A stretch of 61,606 bases of DNA, filler included, from Nitrospinota bacterium (GCA_030620925.1; 14 parts of 14 records of this genome joined end to end with filler, not necessarily neighbours in it), one strand, 5' to 3'. Counted from the first letter of the whole stretch, positions 32,676-43,267 are shown. The notes: generated by a model not told the origin, from the sequence alone. A program made the numbers and translations.

Positions 32676-33170
32676 TTAATCCACCAGTATCGAGAGTATG
32701 TCTTCTACAGAGGGGCGTTCTCTGTAATTGCGGCCTTTGAAAACCCATTTGATGATGCCTTGATCGTCCATGAGGATGGTGGCGGGGACGGCGACTACGC
32801 CCACGGGCGAGTTCTGGTCGACCAGGTCGAACTGTTCTATAACTGTTTTTTCCGTGTCACTGAGTAGTTGGAGGGGAAATTCTTCTGCGCCGGGCACTCT
32901 GTGCAGTATTCTCTTCTCGAACTGTAGGGAGTATTCGGGCATGTCCACGCTGAGACCCACTGCCTGAACCCCTGCGTCTTTCAGGCGCGTATACTCTGAA
33001 CAGATGGCCGCAAACTGTGACCTGCAGAAAGGTCACCAGTGGCCGCGGTAGAATACGAGCGCGGTGTACGGGGCCTGTTTCAGAAGGTCTGAGAAGAGGA
33101 CTTCTTCGTCTTTCTGGTTGGGGAGCTTAAAATCGGGGAACGTTGCGCCCGTTTCTATATCTGGGTGCAT
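32676..33170 (-). CDS. AhpC/TSA peroxiredoxin-like protein with UxxC motif, predicted selenoprotein (U46, 164 aa)
   Basis: ATG at 33170 after GAGGGGG. MHPDIETGATFPDFKLPNQ...LVFYRGHW-U-PFCRSQ reads through TGA 33035-33033 into track ORF 32676-32960 (GLSVD, LLSD, PATILMD). Confidence 0.9.
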
Positions 33171-33375
33171 TTATTTAACCCCCTCAAGGTCATGATTCAC
33201 GATGCATGATTATTTGTAGGGGCAGTCCCGCGTGCCGCGGGATCGCTATATTTCGCACCTGGAAGGCGCTCCTACAAAATCAGAGAGCACCAGGGGTAAC
33301 CCAAGGGTTGCCCATACAGATTATATTCTATAACGCATTGTTCCGGAGGCACATATTCGTGCATAGTGGCTCGTG

Positions 33376-34557
33376 TTAGATAACTCCTTCTGAATTGAGG
33401 TCTTTGATCTGTTGGTCGTTGTAGCCGAGCCCCTTGAGCATTTCTTCGGTGTGCTGGCCGAAGGTAGGTGAGGGGGTGACGGCTTCGCCGGGGGTATCGG
33501 AAAATTTCACCGGAAACCCTATCTGGGGGACGCTGCCCTCTACAGGGTGGTCTATGGTGAAGAACATCTCGCGGGTGTTTTTAAGCTGGTCGTCCTCCAT
33601 CATTTCGTCAATTTCCAGTACGGGGCCGAAACATACGTCCCACTCGGACATGAGGTCCACCCATTCCTGGCGCGTTTTGGTCTGGAAAATGCTGTCCAGC
33701 TCGGCCCTGACCTCTTCCCCTTTTTCTCCCGCCGCGAACTGGAGTTCCAGGAGGTCTTCGCGTTCCAACGCCTTGCAGAAGTTGGTCCAGAACTTATCTT
33801 CGAGATTGCCGGAGGCCACGAACTTGTCGTCCTTGGTTTTATAGATTCCGTAGCAGGGCGCGGTTCCTGCCAGGGGCAGGGTGCGGATGCCGGGGTTCAT
33901 TTTATTGGAGATGTAGTTGGCCATGGGCAGCACGCAGAAAGCGGCCATGCAGTCGGTCATGGAGACGTCCACCTGCTGCCCCTTACCCGTGCGGTCTCTG
34001 GCCAGCAGGGCCGCCAGGACGCCGAAGGCGGGGAAGACGCCTCCGCCCGCCATGTCGGCGATGGGGATGCCGGGGATTATTGGCCTGTCGGTGTGCCGTC
34101 CGGTAACGCCCAGGATGCCGCCGTAGCCGATGTAGTTTATGTCGTGCCCCGCTTTTTGGACGTAGGGGCCGTCCTTGCCGTAGCCGGTGCCGGAGACGTA
34201 TATGATGCGGGGGTTGATCTCGCTCAGGGATTCGTAGCTCAGGCCCAGGCGGTCCATGACGCCGGGGCGGAAGGTCTCGAAAACCACGTCGTATTCTTTC
34301 ACCATGTCCCGGAAAATCTCTTTCCCTTTTTCCGATTTGAGGTTGAGCTTCATGCTCTTCTTGTTGCGGTTGCAGATCAGGAAGGCCACGGCCTCTTCTT
34401 TGTATTTGGGGCCCAGGGTGCGGCCGTAGTCCCCCAGGGTGGGTTCTTCTATTTTGAGCACCTCGGCTCCCAGGTCCGCAAGCAGCAGTGTGGCGAACTG
34501 ATAGGGAACCAGTCTCCCCAGGTCGAGAATTTTAACCCCTTCCAGCGCTCTGGCCAT
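33376..34557 (-). CDS. CaiB/BaiF family III CoA-transferase
   Basis: LEGVKILDL, LADLGAEVLKIE, NRNKKS, FRPGVMDRLGL, AGHDINY. Confidence 0.93.
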   Translation of the reverse strand: MARALEGVKILDLGRLVPYQFATLLLADLGAEVLKIEEPTLGDYGRTLGPKYKEEAVAFLICNRNKKSMKLNLKSEKGKEIFRDMVKEYDVVFETFRPGVMDRLGLSYESLSEINPRIIYVSGTGYGKDGPYVQKAGHDINYIGYGGILGVTGRHTDRPIIPGIPIADMAGGGVFPAFGVLAALLARDRTGKGQQVDVSMTDCMAAFCVLPMANYISNKMNPGIRTLPLAGTAPCYGIYKTKDDKFVASGNLEDKFWTNFCKALEREDLLELQFAAGEKGEEVRAELDSIFQTKTRQEWVDLMSEWDVCFGPVLEIDEMMEDDQLKNTREMFFTIDHPVEGSVPQIGFPVKFSDTPGEAVTPSPTFGQHTEEMLKGLGYNDQQIKDLNSEGVI

Positions 34558-34582
34558 AAGTCTATCCTCCTCAAGTGAAAGC

Positions 34583-34661
34583 AACCACAGATGAGCACAG
34601 ATGAACACAGATAAACCCGGATTGCAGATAAATTAATTATCAGTGTTCATCTGTGGTTCCA
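34583..34661. repeat. CACAGAT-unit direct/inverted repeat element
   Basis: AACCACAGATGAGCACAGATGAACACAGAT ... ATCAGTGTTCATCTGTGGTT; degenerate relative at 30831-30930. Confidence 0.7.
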
Positions 34662-34806
34662 TTAGGGGGAATATACTAAACGGCTGAAGGAAGTTCAACA
34701 GGACTTTGCGCGGGATGCAAGAAACATGATGCAGGGTCTTTCTGCAGGCGCGACTAGTCGCGGCGGGTTTTACCGCGATCCAATAGGAAACCTCGTTCCT
34801 ACTCGA

Positions 34807-35066
34807 CTGTCATTCTGAGCGAAGCGAAGAATCTCGCGTATCTTAGCTATCCGGTTTTTTTCCCGGAAACACGCCAGGCTCTGCCTTCCGTTGGAGGGGA
34901 AAGGGGGGAGGACAGGCGAAGACGCCCGGAAACATAAGGGTGCTGCAAAGACAGGCGAGATTCTTCACTTCGTCCCGAGGAAGGCGGGACTCCGTTCAGA
35001 ATGACAGGATGCGGAGTGGTGCGTAGGGGCGTCCCGCGGCACGCGGGCCCTCGCCTGGGCAGGCAC
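34807..35066. repeat. Inverted pair of GTCATTCTGA..GAAGAATCTC elements plus REP
   Basis: GTCATTCTGAGCGAAGCGAAGAATCTC (34809-34835) and a reverse copy GAGATTCTTC...TCAGAATGAC (about 34957-35005); other copies at about 219-269, 3795-3833 and 17674-17735. Confidence 0.8.
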
Positions 35067-35166
35067 NNNNNNNNNNNNNNNNNNNNNNNNNNNNNNNNNN
35101 NNNNNNNNNNTTAATTAATTAANNNNNNNNNNNNNNNNNNNNNNNNNNNNNNNNNNNNNNNNNNNN

Positions 35167-37025
35167 GTTTTGGTCATGAACAGGTCCTGAACCACCAGGA
35201 AGTCCAGCTTTCCCAGCGGTTCTTCAGCGCCGATATCCTCTACCGGGTCTACCCCCACCAGGTAGAGCCCCCCCACTTCCCCTGATCCCGCTCCGGCAAT
35301 TAGCTCCCGGCCGCTTTTGCCATTGCCGGATAAAGGAGCGGAGGGATAAAAATCTTTCAATTTCTCACTACCTTTTCCGTTCTCGTAGCCCGGAAGCCAT
35401 GCAGGGGCGACTCCCAGGTCTTCCATTCCCCTCAAGTTACCGCCGCTCCCCAACATGAGTATGGACGTATTCCTCCCGCTGCCCATGATGGTGGAGAGAA
35501 AATCGAGGGTGTCCAGCAGAGAGTCGTCAGCGGCATCGTAGTTGAACAGTATGGCCCTCGCTCCACCGCCTGCAAACAGTTTCGCCGCGCCCCTTACCTC
35601 CGCGGCGGTTACCCCTGTCTCCTCAGCCGCTTCATCCAGTGACAGGTTTTTTACGCCTAAAGCGATTTCTTTAAATCGCGCCGGAACCGGCGGTTCTTTC
35701 ACCAGAGCTTTTATTAAGCTCATGAGCAGAACCTTGCCCGTGCCCTCTTTGTAATTCAATTGTTGGGTGGCCAGGGCGTCGAGTTCAGTAGCGCCGCTGT
35801 TGGCGATGATGAGCCTGGCACCGCTCCTGCTGACCGCTTTCCTCACCCGCAGACTGAAGACGGGATGCTCTTCCGTCAGGTCTTCCCCCAAAATAATGAT
35901 GGTCCCTGCTCCGTCGATTGCAGAGAGCGAGCCCATGGCCCTGTCGCTGTTTCTTATGCGGGCCAGTTGCGCCCTGGATGACGGATGAAAGCCGTTGTCC
36001 ATGTTATCGGTGTGCATGACGCCCCGCATAAGCTTCTGGAACAAGTAGGCGTCTTCGTTCGAGCATCGCGGCGAACAGACGCCGCCCAGACCGGACGACC
36101 CTTTGTTGCGCATCACCTCCGACAGGCCGTCTGCCGCTCTCTTGATGGCTTCCTCCCAGGAGACGGGCACCAGCTCTCCGTTTTGGCGGATGTGGGGCCG
36201 GGTGATCCTCTCCTCGCTGTTTATGTAGTGGTAGCCATACCTTCCCTTGTCGCACATCCACCACTCGTTAACCTCCATGTTGACCCTGGGGGTGAGGCGA
36301 ATAACTTCGTTTTTCCTGTTCCAGGTGGTTATATTGCAGTCCACACTGCACAGGTTGCATACGCTCTCCGTCTTCTCCAGCTCCCAGACCCTGGCCTTGA
36401 ACCTGAAATCAGTGCTGGTCAGCGCCCCCACGGGGCAGATGTCCGCGAGGTTGCCCTGGAAGCTGTTGTTCAGGGGGCGGTTTTGGAAAAGGGTTATTTC
36501 CTTTTTGTCACTCCGCTGTTTTACCCAGAGCTCGTTGGTGCCGGTTATCTCCTCGGTGAAGCGGGTGCAGCGCAGGCACAGGACGCAGCGTTCGGGGTCG
36601 AAGATTATCTTATCGCTCAAGGGTCGGCGTTTATACCGAGTCATCTTCTGGAACTCGAAGCGGCTTTCTCCCTCACCGTGGGCCATCGTATAGTCCTGCA
36701 GGGGGCACTCTCCGCCTTTGTCGCAGATGGGGCAGTCCAGGGGGTGGTTGAGGAGCAGGAACTCCAGAACGGCCTTCCGCTCCTTGATCACCGCGGGAGA
36801 CTCCGTATAGATTTCCATACCCTCCTTGACAGGTATATTGCAGCCTATCTGAAGTTTGGGGACGCCTTTTATCTCCACGTAGCACATGCGGCACGTCCCG
36901 CTCAGGGAGAGGCCGGGGTGGTAGCAGAAATGGGGGATCGCCACACTTACTTTTTTTGCCGCTTCGATAGCGTTGACGCCTTCCTCTACGGCGACCTCCA
37001 CGTCGTTTATTTTGATGGTGATCAT
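35167..37025 (-). CDS. nuoG: NADH-quinone oxidoreductase subunit G (3'-truncated)
   Basis: IPHFCYHPGL, CRMCYVE, NHPLDCPICDKGGECPLQD, RCVLCLRCTRF, ICPVGAL, CNLCSVDC...CDKGR. Confidence 0.88.
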
Positions 37026-37116
37026 CTCTTCCGCCCTATTCCATGGTTATCATGACCGGTCGCTGATGTTTTATTATCTATATATTATATGTCTTCCAAG
37101 TTTCGGGAAGACCGGT

Positions 37117-38508
37117 TTATTTTTCCGCCCCACCGGTGATTGAGGAGGGGTCCAGAATACGGTCCAGTGTTTTTTCGTCCAGTAAGCCTTTCTCCAGTAT
37201 TATCTGCCTGATGGTCACGCCGCGTTCGACGGCTTCCTTGGAAACTTCCGCTGCTTTGAGGTAACCGATATAGGGGTTGAGAATGGTGGCCAGGGCCGGG
37301 CTGTTCTCGAAGTATTCACGACATCGCTCGGTGTTTGCGGTGATGCCCTCGATGCACTTGCCGGTAAAGAGGGGGAGGAAGTTTTTGAGGATTTCCATGG
37401 AGAAAAGGATGTTGTAAGCGATGACCGGCATCATGACATTGAGTTCATACTGACCACCCTGGACGGCCATGGACACCGTCAGGTCGTTCCCCATCACCTG
37501 AAAGGCTATCATGTTCAGGCATTCAGCCATCACCGGGTTAACCTTGCCGGGCATGATGGAAGAACCCGGCTGCACCGCCGGCAGGTTTATCTCGTTTATG
37601 CCCGTGGTGGGGCCGGAGCTCAGCAGGCGCAGGTCGTTAGCTATACGGATCAGCTCCAGGGCCAGCGCCTTCAAAGCCCCTGAGAACGCCGCCGTCGCCA
37701 GCCTGCTCTGCATGGCTTCCCTGGCGTCGGGGGCCGGTCTGAGGGGCAAACCGGTAAACTCGCTGAGCCTTGCTATCACCGCTTCCCTGTAGCCGGGGCT
37801 GGTGTTGAGGCCGGTGCCCACCGCTGTTCCGCCGAGGGCGACTTCGTTCAATTGGCTGCTGCTTTCGTTTAGATGTAATAGGGCTTTCTCCAGAGCCGCT
37901 GCCCAGGCATCGAACTCCTGACCAAGGGTAACGGGCACGGCGTCCTGGAGGTGGGTGCGGCCGGATTTAATCACCTGTGAGAACTCGATCCCTTTCCCCC
38001 GCAGCGCATCTATCAGGCCCTGGAGGACAGGCTCCAGCTCTCTGTGCTGAAAAAGGGTCGAAATGTGGATGGCGGTGGGGAAAGTGTCGTTTGTCGACTG
38101 GCCCATGTTCACCTGGTCGTTGGGGCTCAGGAAGCCGTGTTCGCCATTTGAGTGGCCCATTAACTCAAGAGCCCTGTTAGCCAGCACCTCGTTCACGTTC
38201 ATGTTGAATGATGTTCCCGCGCCGGCCTGGAAAACGTCCACCACGAACTGATCCATGAACTTGCCGGAGAGCACCTCGTCGCAGGCGGACACGATGGCCC
38301 TACCCTTCTCCTCGTCCAGCGCCTCCAGCTCCATGTTGGTGAGGGCGGCGGCTTTCTTTATCAACACGTAGCTGCGTATGAAAAAGGGGTGCTCCCGGAT
38401 GCCGCTTACCGGGAAGTTTTCCAACGCCCGCCGGGTCTGTATTCCGTAATATGCCTCCCGGGGAACTTCCTTTTCACCCAGGGAGTCCTTTTCTATCCTG
38501 TCGGTCAT
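37117..38508 (-). CDS. aspA: Aspartate ammonia-lyase (fumarase/aspartase family)
   Basis: RIEKDSLG, QAGAGTSFNMN, GRTHLQDA, GSSIMPGKVNP; class II fumarase cannot be fully excluded. Confidence 0.8.
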   Translation of the reverse strand: MTDRIEKDSLGEKEVPREAYYGIQTRRALENFPVSGIREHPFFIRSYVLIKKAAALTNMELEALDEEKGRAIVSACDEVLSGKFMDQFVVDVFQAGAGTSFNMNVNEVLANRALELMGHSNGEHGFLSPNDQVNMGQSTNDTFPTAIHISTLFQHRELEPVLQGLIDALRGKGIEFSQVIKSGRTHLQDAVPVTLGQEFDAWAAALEKALLHLNESSSQLNEVALGGTAVGTGLNTSPGYREAVIARLSEFTGLPLRPAPDAREAMQSRLATAAFSGALKALALELIRIANDLRLLSSGPTTGINEINLPAVQPGSSIMPGKVNPVMAECLNMIAFQVMGNDLTVSMAVQGGQYELNVMMPVIAYNILFSMEILKNFLPLFTGKCIEGITANTERCREYFENSPALATILNPYIGYLKAAEVSKEAVERGVTIRQIILEKGLLDEKTLDRILDPSSITGGAEK

Positions 38509-38858
38509 TAAATCTCAACCCCCTTAATTGAAGGAATTACCTCGCGAGTCCCTGTGCCCCTTACCGAGCGCACCGGAAGAACGGAGCAAGTTGCGCTCAT
38601 AGTCGATTTTCCCCTCTCCCTGGATCCCGCCTGCCGCGGGACGTTCCGCTGGAGGGGCCAGGGGAGGGTGAGATAAAAAACCTTGCATCTATTCATCCTC
38701 CCTTAACTTCTCCAGCTAAAGGTTAGACCAAGGGAGGGGAAAGTTCAACTTCGTTCAANNNNNNNNNNNNNNNNNNNNNNNNNNNNNNNNNNNNNNNNNN
38801 NNTTAATTAATTAANNNNNNNNNNNNNNNNNNNNNNNNNNNNNNNNNNNNNNNNNNNN

Positions 38859-40298
38859 ATCGCAGGTAGATCAAAGCACTTTTACAGTATATTCGAAAAG
38901 ATGAAGCGCCAGGATATAAGCTTCGAGGAAGTTTACGATCTTGTGGGTATCCGCGTCATCGCTTTTGCAATGCCCGACTGCTATACAATACTGGGTCTGG
39001 TTCATTCGCTGTGGAAACCGATCCCCGGCCGGTTCAAGGATTATGTCGCCCTGCCGAAATCGAACATGTACCAATCCTTGCACACCACGGTTATTGGGCC
39101 TGAAGGACAGCGCGCCGAGTTTCAGATACGAACCGAGGAGATGCACAAGATAGCCGAGGAAGGCTTCGCCTCTCACTGGCAATACAAGGAAGGCAAGGCC
39201 ACAGAAGATCAATACCAGGACAAGATAAACTGGCTGAGGCAGCTCCTCGAATCGCAGCAGGAGTTGAAAGACCCCCGGGAATTTCTGGAGGCGGTGAAGA
39301 TAGACCTCTTCCCCGATGACGCATACGTTTTTACTCCCGCCGGGGATGTAAGGAGGCTTCCCAGGGGCTCCACCATTATAGATTTCGCTTACCTGATCCA
39401 TACGGATATCGGCCATAAATGTTCCGGTGCCCGGGTCAACGGCCGGATGGTACCCTTGAAATATGAGCTCAAGAACGGCGACCGGGTGGAGGTGATCACT
39501 TCTCCCAACCACAAACCCAGCAGGGATTGGCTGAACATCGTTAAGACTTCCCGGGCCAGAACCAAGATTAAAGCCTGGCTCAAAGCCGAGCAGAGGAAAT
39601 GGAGCGTGGCTCTCGGGAAGGAGTTGGCCGAGAAAGAGCTCAAGCGGCATCATGTTAACATCAGCAAAATCATAGGCTCGGAAAAGTTTCAGGAAACCGT
39701 CAACAGGTTCGGGTTCAGCGCCGAGGAGGACCTGCTGGCGGCCATCGGCTACGGCAAGCTGTCAGTGCTTCAGGCGTTCAAGCCCTATCTCCCCGAAAAG
39801 GCCGCTCCCCCCAAAAAGAAAGTCCAACAACCCGAAAAACCGCTGGATGGCACGGGAATAAGGGTGGGTGGACTGGAAAACGAAAACATAATGGTGCGCA
39901 TTGCCAAATGTTGCAGCCCCGTTCCGGGGGACGACATAGTGGGATTTATCACCAGGGGCCGGGGCCTTTCGGTGCACTCGGTGGATTGTCCCAGCGTGCA
40001 CATGCTTGAATACGACTCCGAGCGCATGATAAAAGTGGAATGGGAAACGGATAAAGAGAACACTTATTCGGTTAAAATCTATGTGGTTACGTGGGACAAG
40101 GCGGGCCTTCTGGCCAAGATAAGCTCGGCTATCGCTTCCAGGGGAGTGGACATAAGAGAGGCCAACGTGGAGACCAGGGACGACAAAAAGGCATACCTCC
40201 ATTTCATCATAGAAATAGCTGACCTCTCGCACTTGAAGCAAGTGCTCTCGTCCATAAGTAAGATTGAAGGGGTGTTGAGTGTGAAGAGGGGCCCCTGA
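38859..40298 (+). CDS. RelA/SpoT (p)ppGpp synthetase/hydrolase (5'-truncated)
   Basis: KHFYSIFEKM, YQSLHTT, EFQIRT, TGS domain (DFAYLIHTDIG), CCSPVPGD and ACT domain. Confidence 0.95.
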   Translation: MAGRSKHFYSIFEKMKRQDISFEEVYDLVGIRVIAFAMPDCYTILGLVHSLWKPIPGRFKDYVALPKSNMYQSLHTTVIGPEGQRAEFQIRTEEMHKIAEEGFASHWQYKEGKATEDQYQDKINWLRQLLESQQELKDPREFLEAVKIDLFPDDAYVFTPAGDVRRLPRGSTIIDFAYLIHTDIGHKCSGARVNGRMVPLKYELKNGDRVEVITSPNHKPSRDWLNIVKTSRARTKIKAWLKAEQRKWSVALGKELAEKELKRHHVNISKIIGSEKFQETVNRFGFSAEEDLLAAIGYGKLSVLQAFKPYLPEKAAPPKKKVQQPEKPLDGTGIRVGGLENENIMVRIAKCCSPVPGDDIVGFITRGRGLSVHSVDCPSVHMLEYDSERMIKVEWETDKENTYSVKIYVVTWDKAGLLAKISSAIASRGVDIREANVETRDDKKAYLHFIIEIADLSHLKQVLSSISKIEGVLSVKRGP

Positions 40299-40375
40299 GG
40301 GCCCCTCCTCTGAGTGTCGGCGTAAAAAAAAGGCGCCTGCCCTCAATAGAAAATATGGGATCGGGAGGCGCCTGA

Positions 40376-40567
40376 TTAAGCTACTCTAGTAACCTTCCCC
40401 GAACGCAGGCATCTGCTGCATACCTTGACCCTGCGGGGTTTGCCGTCGATGATAACCCTCATTTTTTGAACGTTGGGATTCCATACCTTGCGGTTGACGT
40501 TATGGGCGTGGCTTATCTGTCGACCCACCTGAGGTCCTTTTCCGCATATATCGCACCTGTTAGCCAA
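40376..40567 (-). CDS. rpmB: 50S ribosomal protein L28
   Basis: [22 protein letters not shown]...PNVQ...[12 protein letters not shown] start at 40567 after GGAG (alternative ATG at 40573). Confidence 0.95.
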   Translation of the reverse strand: MANRCDICGKGPQVGRQISHAHNVNRKVWNPNVQKMRVIIDGKPRRVKVCSRCLRSGKVTRVA

Positions 40568-40693
40568 TTCCATCCACTCCCGTAAGTAAGATATTGCCAA
40601 ATGTGTTAAACTTTCCATATAATAGCACCCACGGTTCTCTATTTCAAACAAAATGTATTCTGGATTCACTTCCAGGAAGTCGGGAGGTGTCCC

Positions 40694-40954
40694 ATGGCGG
40701 AAAAGAGCATAGGGCGGGTGGTCAAGTATTTCTCCAAGGCGGGAGCCGCTGCCATTGAACTGGAGAGAGAAAACCTCAAAATCGGTGATACCGTGGTCTT
40801 CAGAGGGCATACCACCGATTTCACCCAGACCATCGATTCCATGCAGGTAGACAACCAGCCCATAGAGGAAGCGAAGCCCGGCGATTCTGTAGGCATCAAA
40901 GTCAGCGAGCGAGTCCGCCCGCACGATGAGGTGTTAAAGGTAATCCCCGATTAA
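40694..40954 (+). CDS. Small translation-factor-like beta-barrel protein (U32 peptidase C-terminal-like)
   Basis: [42 protein letters not shown]. Confidence 0.8.
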   Translation: MAEKSIGRVVKYFSKAGAAAIELERENLKIGDTVVFRGHTTDFTQTIDSMQVDNQPIEEAKPGDSVGIKVSERVRPHDEVLKVIPD

Positions 40955-41010
40955 TAACACCGGGCGACCATACGCCCGCCTCATAAAACTATTAGAGAAA
41001 GGGTATCCCC

Positions 41011-41874
41011 GTGCCAAAGAAGAAGTGCGCCGCTTTACTGGCTGTTTCCACCCTTGCCATATTCATGTTTCTGCCCCGGGTATGGGCCTGGGAAGCGAGA
41101 GGTTTCAGGACACCGGAGAGCGTCCTTGCCGACCCTGCCACCGGATACATCTACGTCTCCAACATCAACGGCTCGCCTACCGCGAAGGACGGTAACGGCT
41201 TCATATCCAGGCTGAACTCCGACGGATCTATAAAAGAACTCAAGTTTATCCGCGGAGGCGGTGCTTTTACGCTTAACGCACCCAAGGGCCTGGTCCTGGC
41301 CGGGGGTCTGCTCTACGTGACGGACATCACCCACGTGCTGGCCTTCAACCTCGAAGATGGAACGATCGCCGCCGACATAAACCTTAAACCGCTGGGCGCT
41401 TCCTTCCTGAACGACCTGGCCGCCGACGCAGAGGGAAACCTCTATGTCTCGGATACCGCCACCAACTCCATCTTCCTGATCAAAACCGCGGCGGGGAACG
41501 AGGTCAGCCTGTTTATACGGAATAAAAGGCTGAGGGGACCTAACGGGCTGGCGATCCATCCGGTAACGGGAGATATTATCGTGGCCAGTTTCAGCGGGGG
41601 CCGGCTCCTTAAGATCAAAGGAGGGGGAGTCACGCAGCTGGAGGTGGGCAGACGCTTTGAAAATCTTGACGGCGTAGATTACGACAGCGAAGGCAACATC
41701 TATTTCTCCGACTTCGGCGCCGGGGTGGTCTATAAAGTGGGGCAGAACGGGAAGGCGGTTGCTGTGGACAAGAGGCTGAACAGCCCTGCGGACATCTTTG
41801 TAGACAAAGTGAATAACATCCTTCTGATACCCGATTTTTCCGCAAACCGGGTGAAAGCCATCCCTCTTAAATGA
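41011..41874 (+). CDS. Secreted SMP-30/gluconolactonase-like beta-propeller protein
   Basis: Signal peptide, PESV, YVSNING...KDGNGFIS, FLND, GPNGL, LDG. Confidence 0.8.
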   Translation: MPKKKCAALLAVSTLAIFMFLPRVWAWEARGFRTPESVLADPATGYIYVSNINGSPTAKDGNGFISRLNSDGSIKELKFIRGGGAFTLNAPKGLVLAGGLLYVTDITHVLAFNLEDGTIAADINLKPLGASFLNDLAADAEGNLYVSDTATNSIFLIKTAAGNEVSLFIRNKRLRGPNGLAIHPVTGDIIVASFSGGRLLKIKGGGVTQLEVGRRFENLDGVDYDSEGNIYFSDFGAGVVYKVGQNGKAVAVDKRLNSPADIFVDKVNNILLIPDFSANRVKAIPLK

Positions 41875-41904
41875 GGGATATCAACCTGAAGAGGACGGAA
41901 CGTC

Positions 41905-42705
41905 ATGTGGAAGGACAATAAAAGGTGCGCAGTAGGTCTATCTTTCGATTTCGACGCCGAATCCCTCTGGATGGGGAACTACCGGTATGATTACCCCGCC
42001 GTGCTGGCCCGCGGCGAATACGGGGCCAGGGCCGGTCTGCCCAGGATTCTTAAAATTCTGGGGCGGCACGACGTCAAGGCCACCTTTTTCGTCCCCGGCT
42101 ACACGGCGGAGAAATACCCTCACCTCATTCAGCAGATTCATGAACAAGGCCACGAGTTGGGCCACCACGGCTACTTGCACGAGAACCCGGGCAAATGTCT
42201 GCCGGATGAGGAGCGGGAGATCATCCAGAAGGGTATCGACTGCCTGAAGGATATTACCGGCTACGCCCCCGTTGGCTACCGCATCCCCAGCGGCGTGCAC
42301 AGCCCCCAAACGCTGGAGCTGCTGCTGGAGTTCGGCTTCCAGTATGAGAGCAGTATGGTGGCCGACGACACGCCTTACATGCTCGATGTCGGGGACGGCG
42401 GCGCAAAGATGCTGGAGATTCCCTTTAGCTGGGAGCTGGACGACGCCCCCCACTTCTTGTTCCGCCAGAAGCCTTACCAGACGGGGATGTCCAGCCAGTC
42501 AAAGGTCTACGAAATATGGGCCGCCGAGTTCGAGGTCTGCTACCAGGAGGGAGGTTACTACGGCCTCACCTGCCACCCCCAGGTGATCGGCCGCCGACAC
42601 CGCGCCCAGATGTACGATAAGCTTCTAGCCTTCATCAAAAGCTTCCCCGACGTCTGGATCGCTACCCATATAGATATCGCCCGCCACATCCTGGACTCGC
42701 AATAG
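41905..42705 (+). CDS. Polysaccharide deacetylase family (CE4) protein
   Basis: SFDFDAE, ATFFVPG, HELGHHGYLH, WELDD, HPQVIG. Confidence 0.9.
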   Translation: MWKDNKRCAVGLSFDFDAESLWMGNYRYDYPAVLARGEYGARAGLPRILKILGRHDVKATFFVPGYTAEKYPHLIQQIHEQGHELGHHGYLHENPGKCLPDEEREIIQKGIDCLKDITGYAPVGYRIPSGVHSPQTLELLLEFGFQYESSMVADDTPYMLDVGDGGAKMLEIPFSWELDDAPHFLFRQKPYQTGMSSQSKVYEIWAAEFEVCYQEGGYYGLTCHPQVIGRRHRAQMYDKLLAFIKSFPDVWIATHIDIARHILDSQ

Positions 42706-42789
42706 AGCGAACAGTCAGATACCCGCCCATTCATGGGCGGGAGTGTCATGATTTTCACGAACCCCCGGACTTGTCCGGGGGTTGTTTTT

Positions 42790-43092
42790 GTAGAGACAAT
42801 TCATGAATTGTCTCTACGAGTGGTTGTACTTTACATGTTACTCTGGTTACTAGAGTCTCCCTCCCTTGACGGGAGGGATTAAGGGAGGGTGATCAAGGGT
42901 GACCATCCCGCGGAAAGCGGGATATAACCCGCCCAACTGGGGCGTATGCGATACGCCCCTACAATCGCGCCTGTCCCGCCTGCCTCGGGGCAGGGGTGGA
43001 GGGGATTAAGGGAGAGTGATCAAGGGCGACCGCCGGTCGCCCCTACCCTGGCTCTTGTAGGAGCGGTATCCCGCAGCAGTCGGAATCGCGAT
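42790..43092. repeat. Palindromic repeat cluster
   Basis: Perfect 28-bp palindrome GTAGAGACAATTCATGAATTGTCTCTAC (also at 57971-57998), CTCCCTCCCTTGACGGGAGGGA, GGGCGACCGCCGGTCGCCCCTAC (also at about 58007-58029). Confidence 0.85.
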
Positions 43093-43201
43093 TAAGCCAT
43101 ACCGTGCACGGTGGGTTTATTTGCTGAGGGTTCATGAGCGGCGGGTGAGCTTGTTGGCGAATATGCTTATTAGCCCGTCGAGCGTGATGCAATCCATAAT
43201 T

Positions 43202-43233
43202 AAAAAGGCAGGGCCATATCGGCCCTGCCTTTT
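43202..43233 (-). terminator. Rho-independent terminator downstream of the repeat-protein gene
   Basis: AAAAAGGCAGGGCC-ATATC-GGCCCTGCCTTTT, with A/T tracts on both sides. Confidence 0.75.
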
Positions 43234-43267
43234 GGATATTTTTTTTCGGTGTCGCTTGTCGTTCAGA

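Noticed and set aside
40376-40924. 182-aa extended ribosomal protein L28
   Set aside because: The extension is antisense to the 40694-40954 gene; L28 has its own RBS and start at 40567 or 40573.
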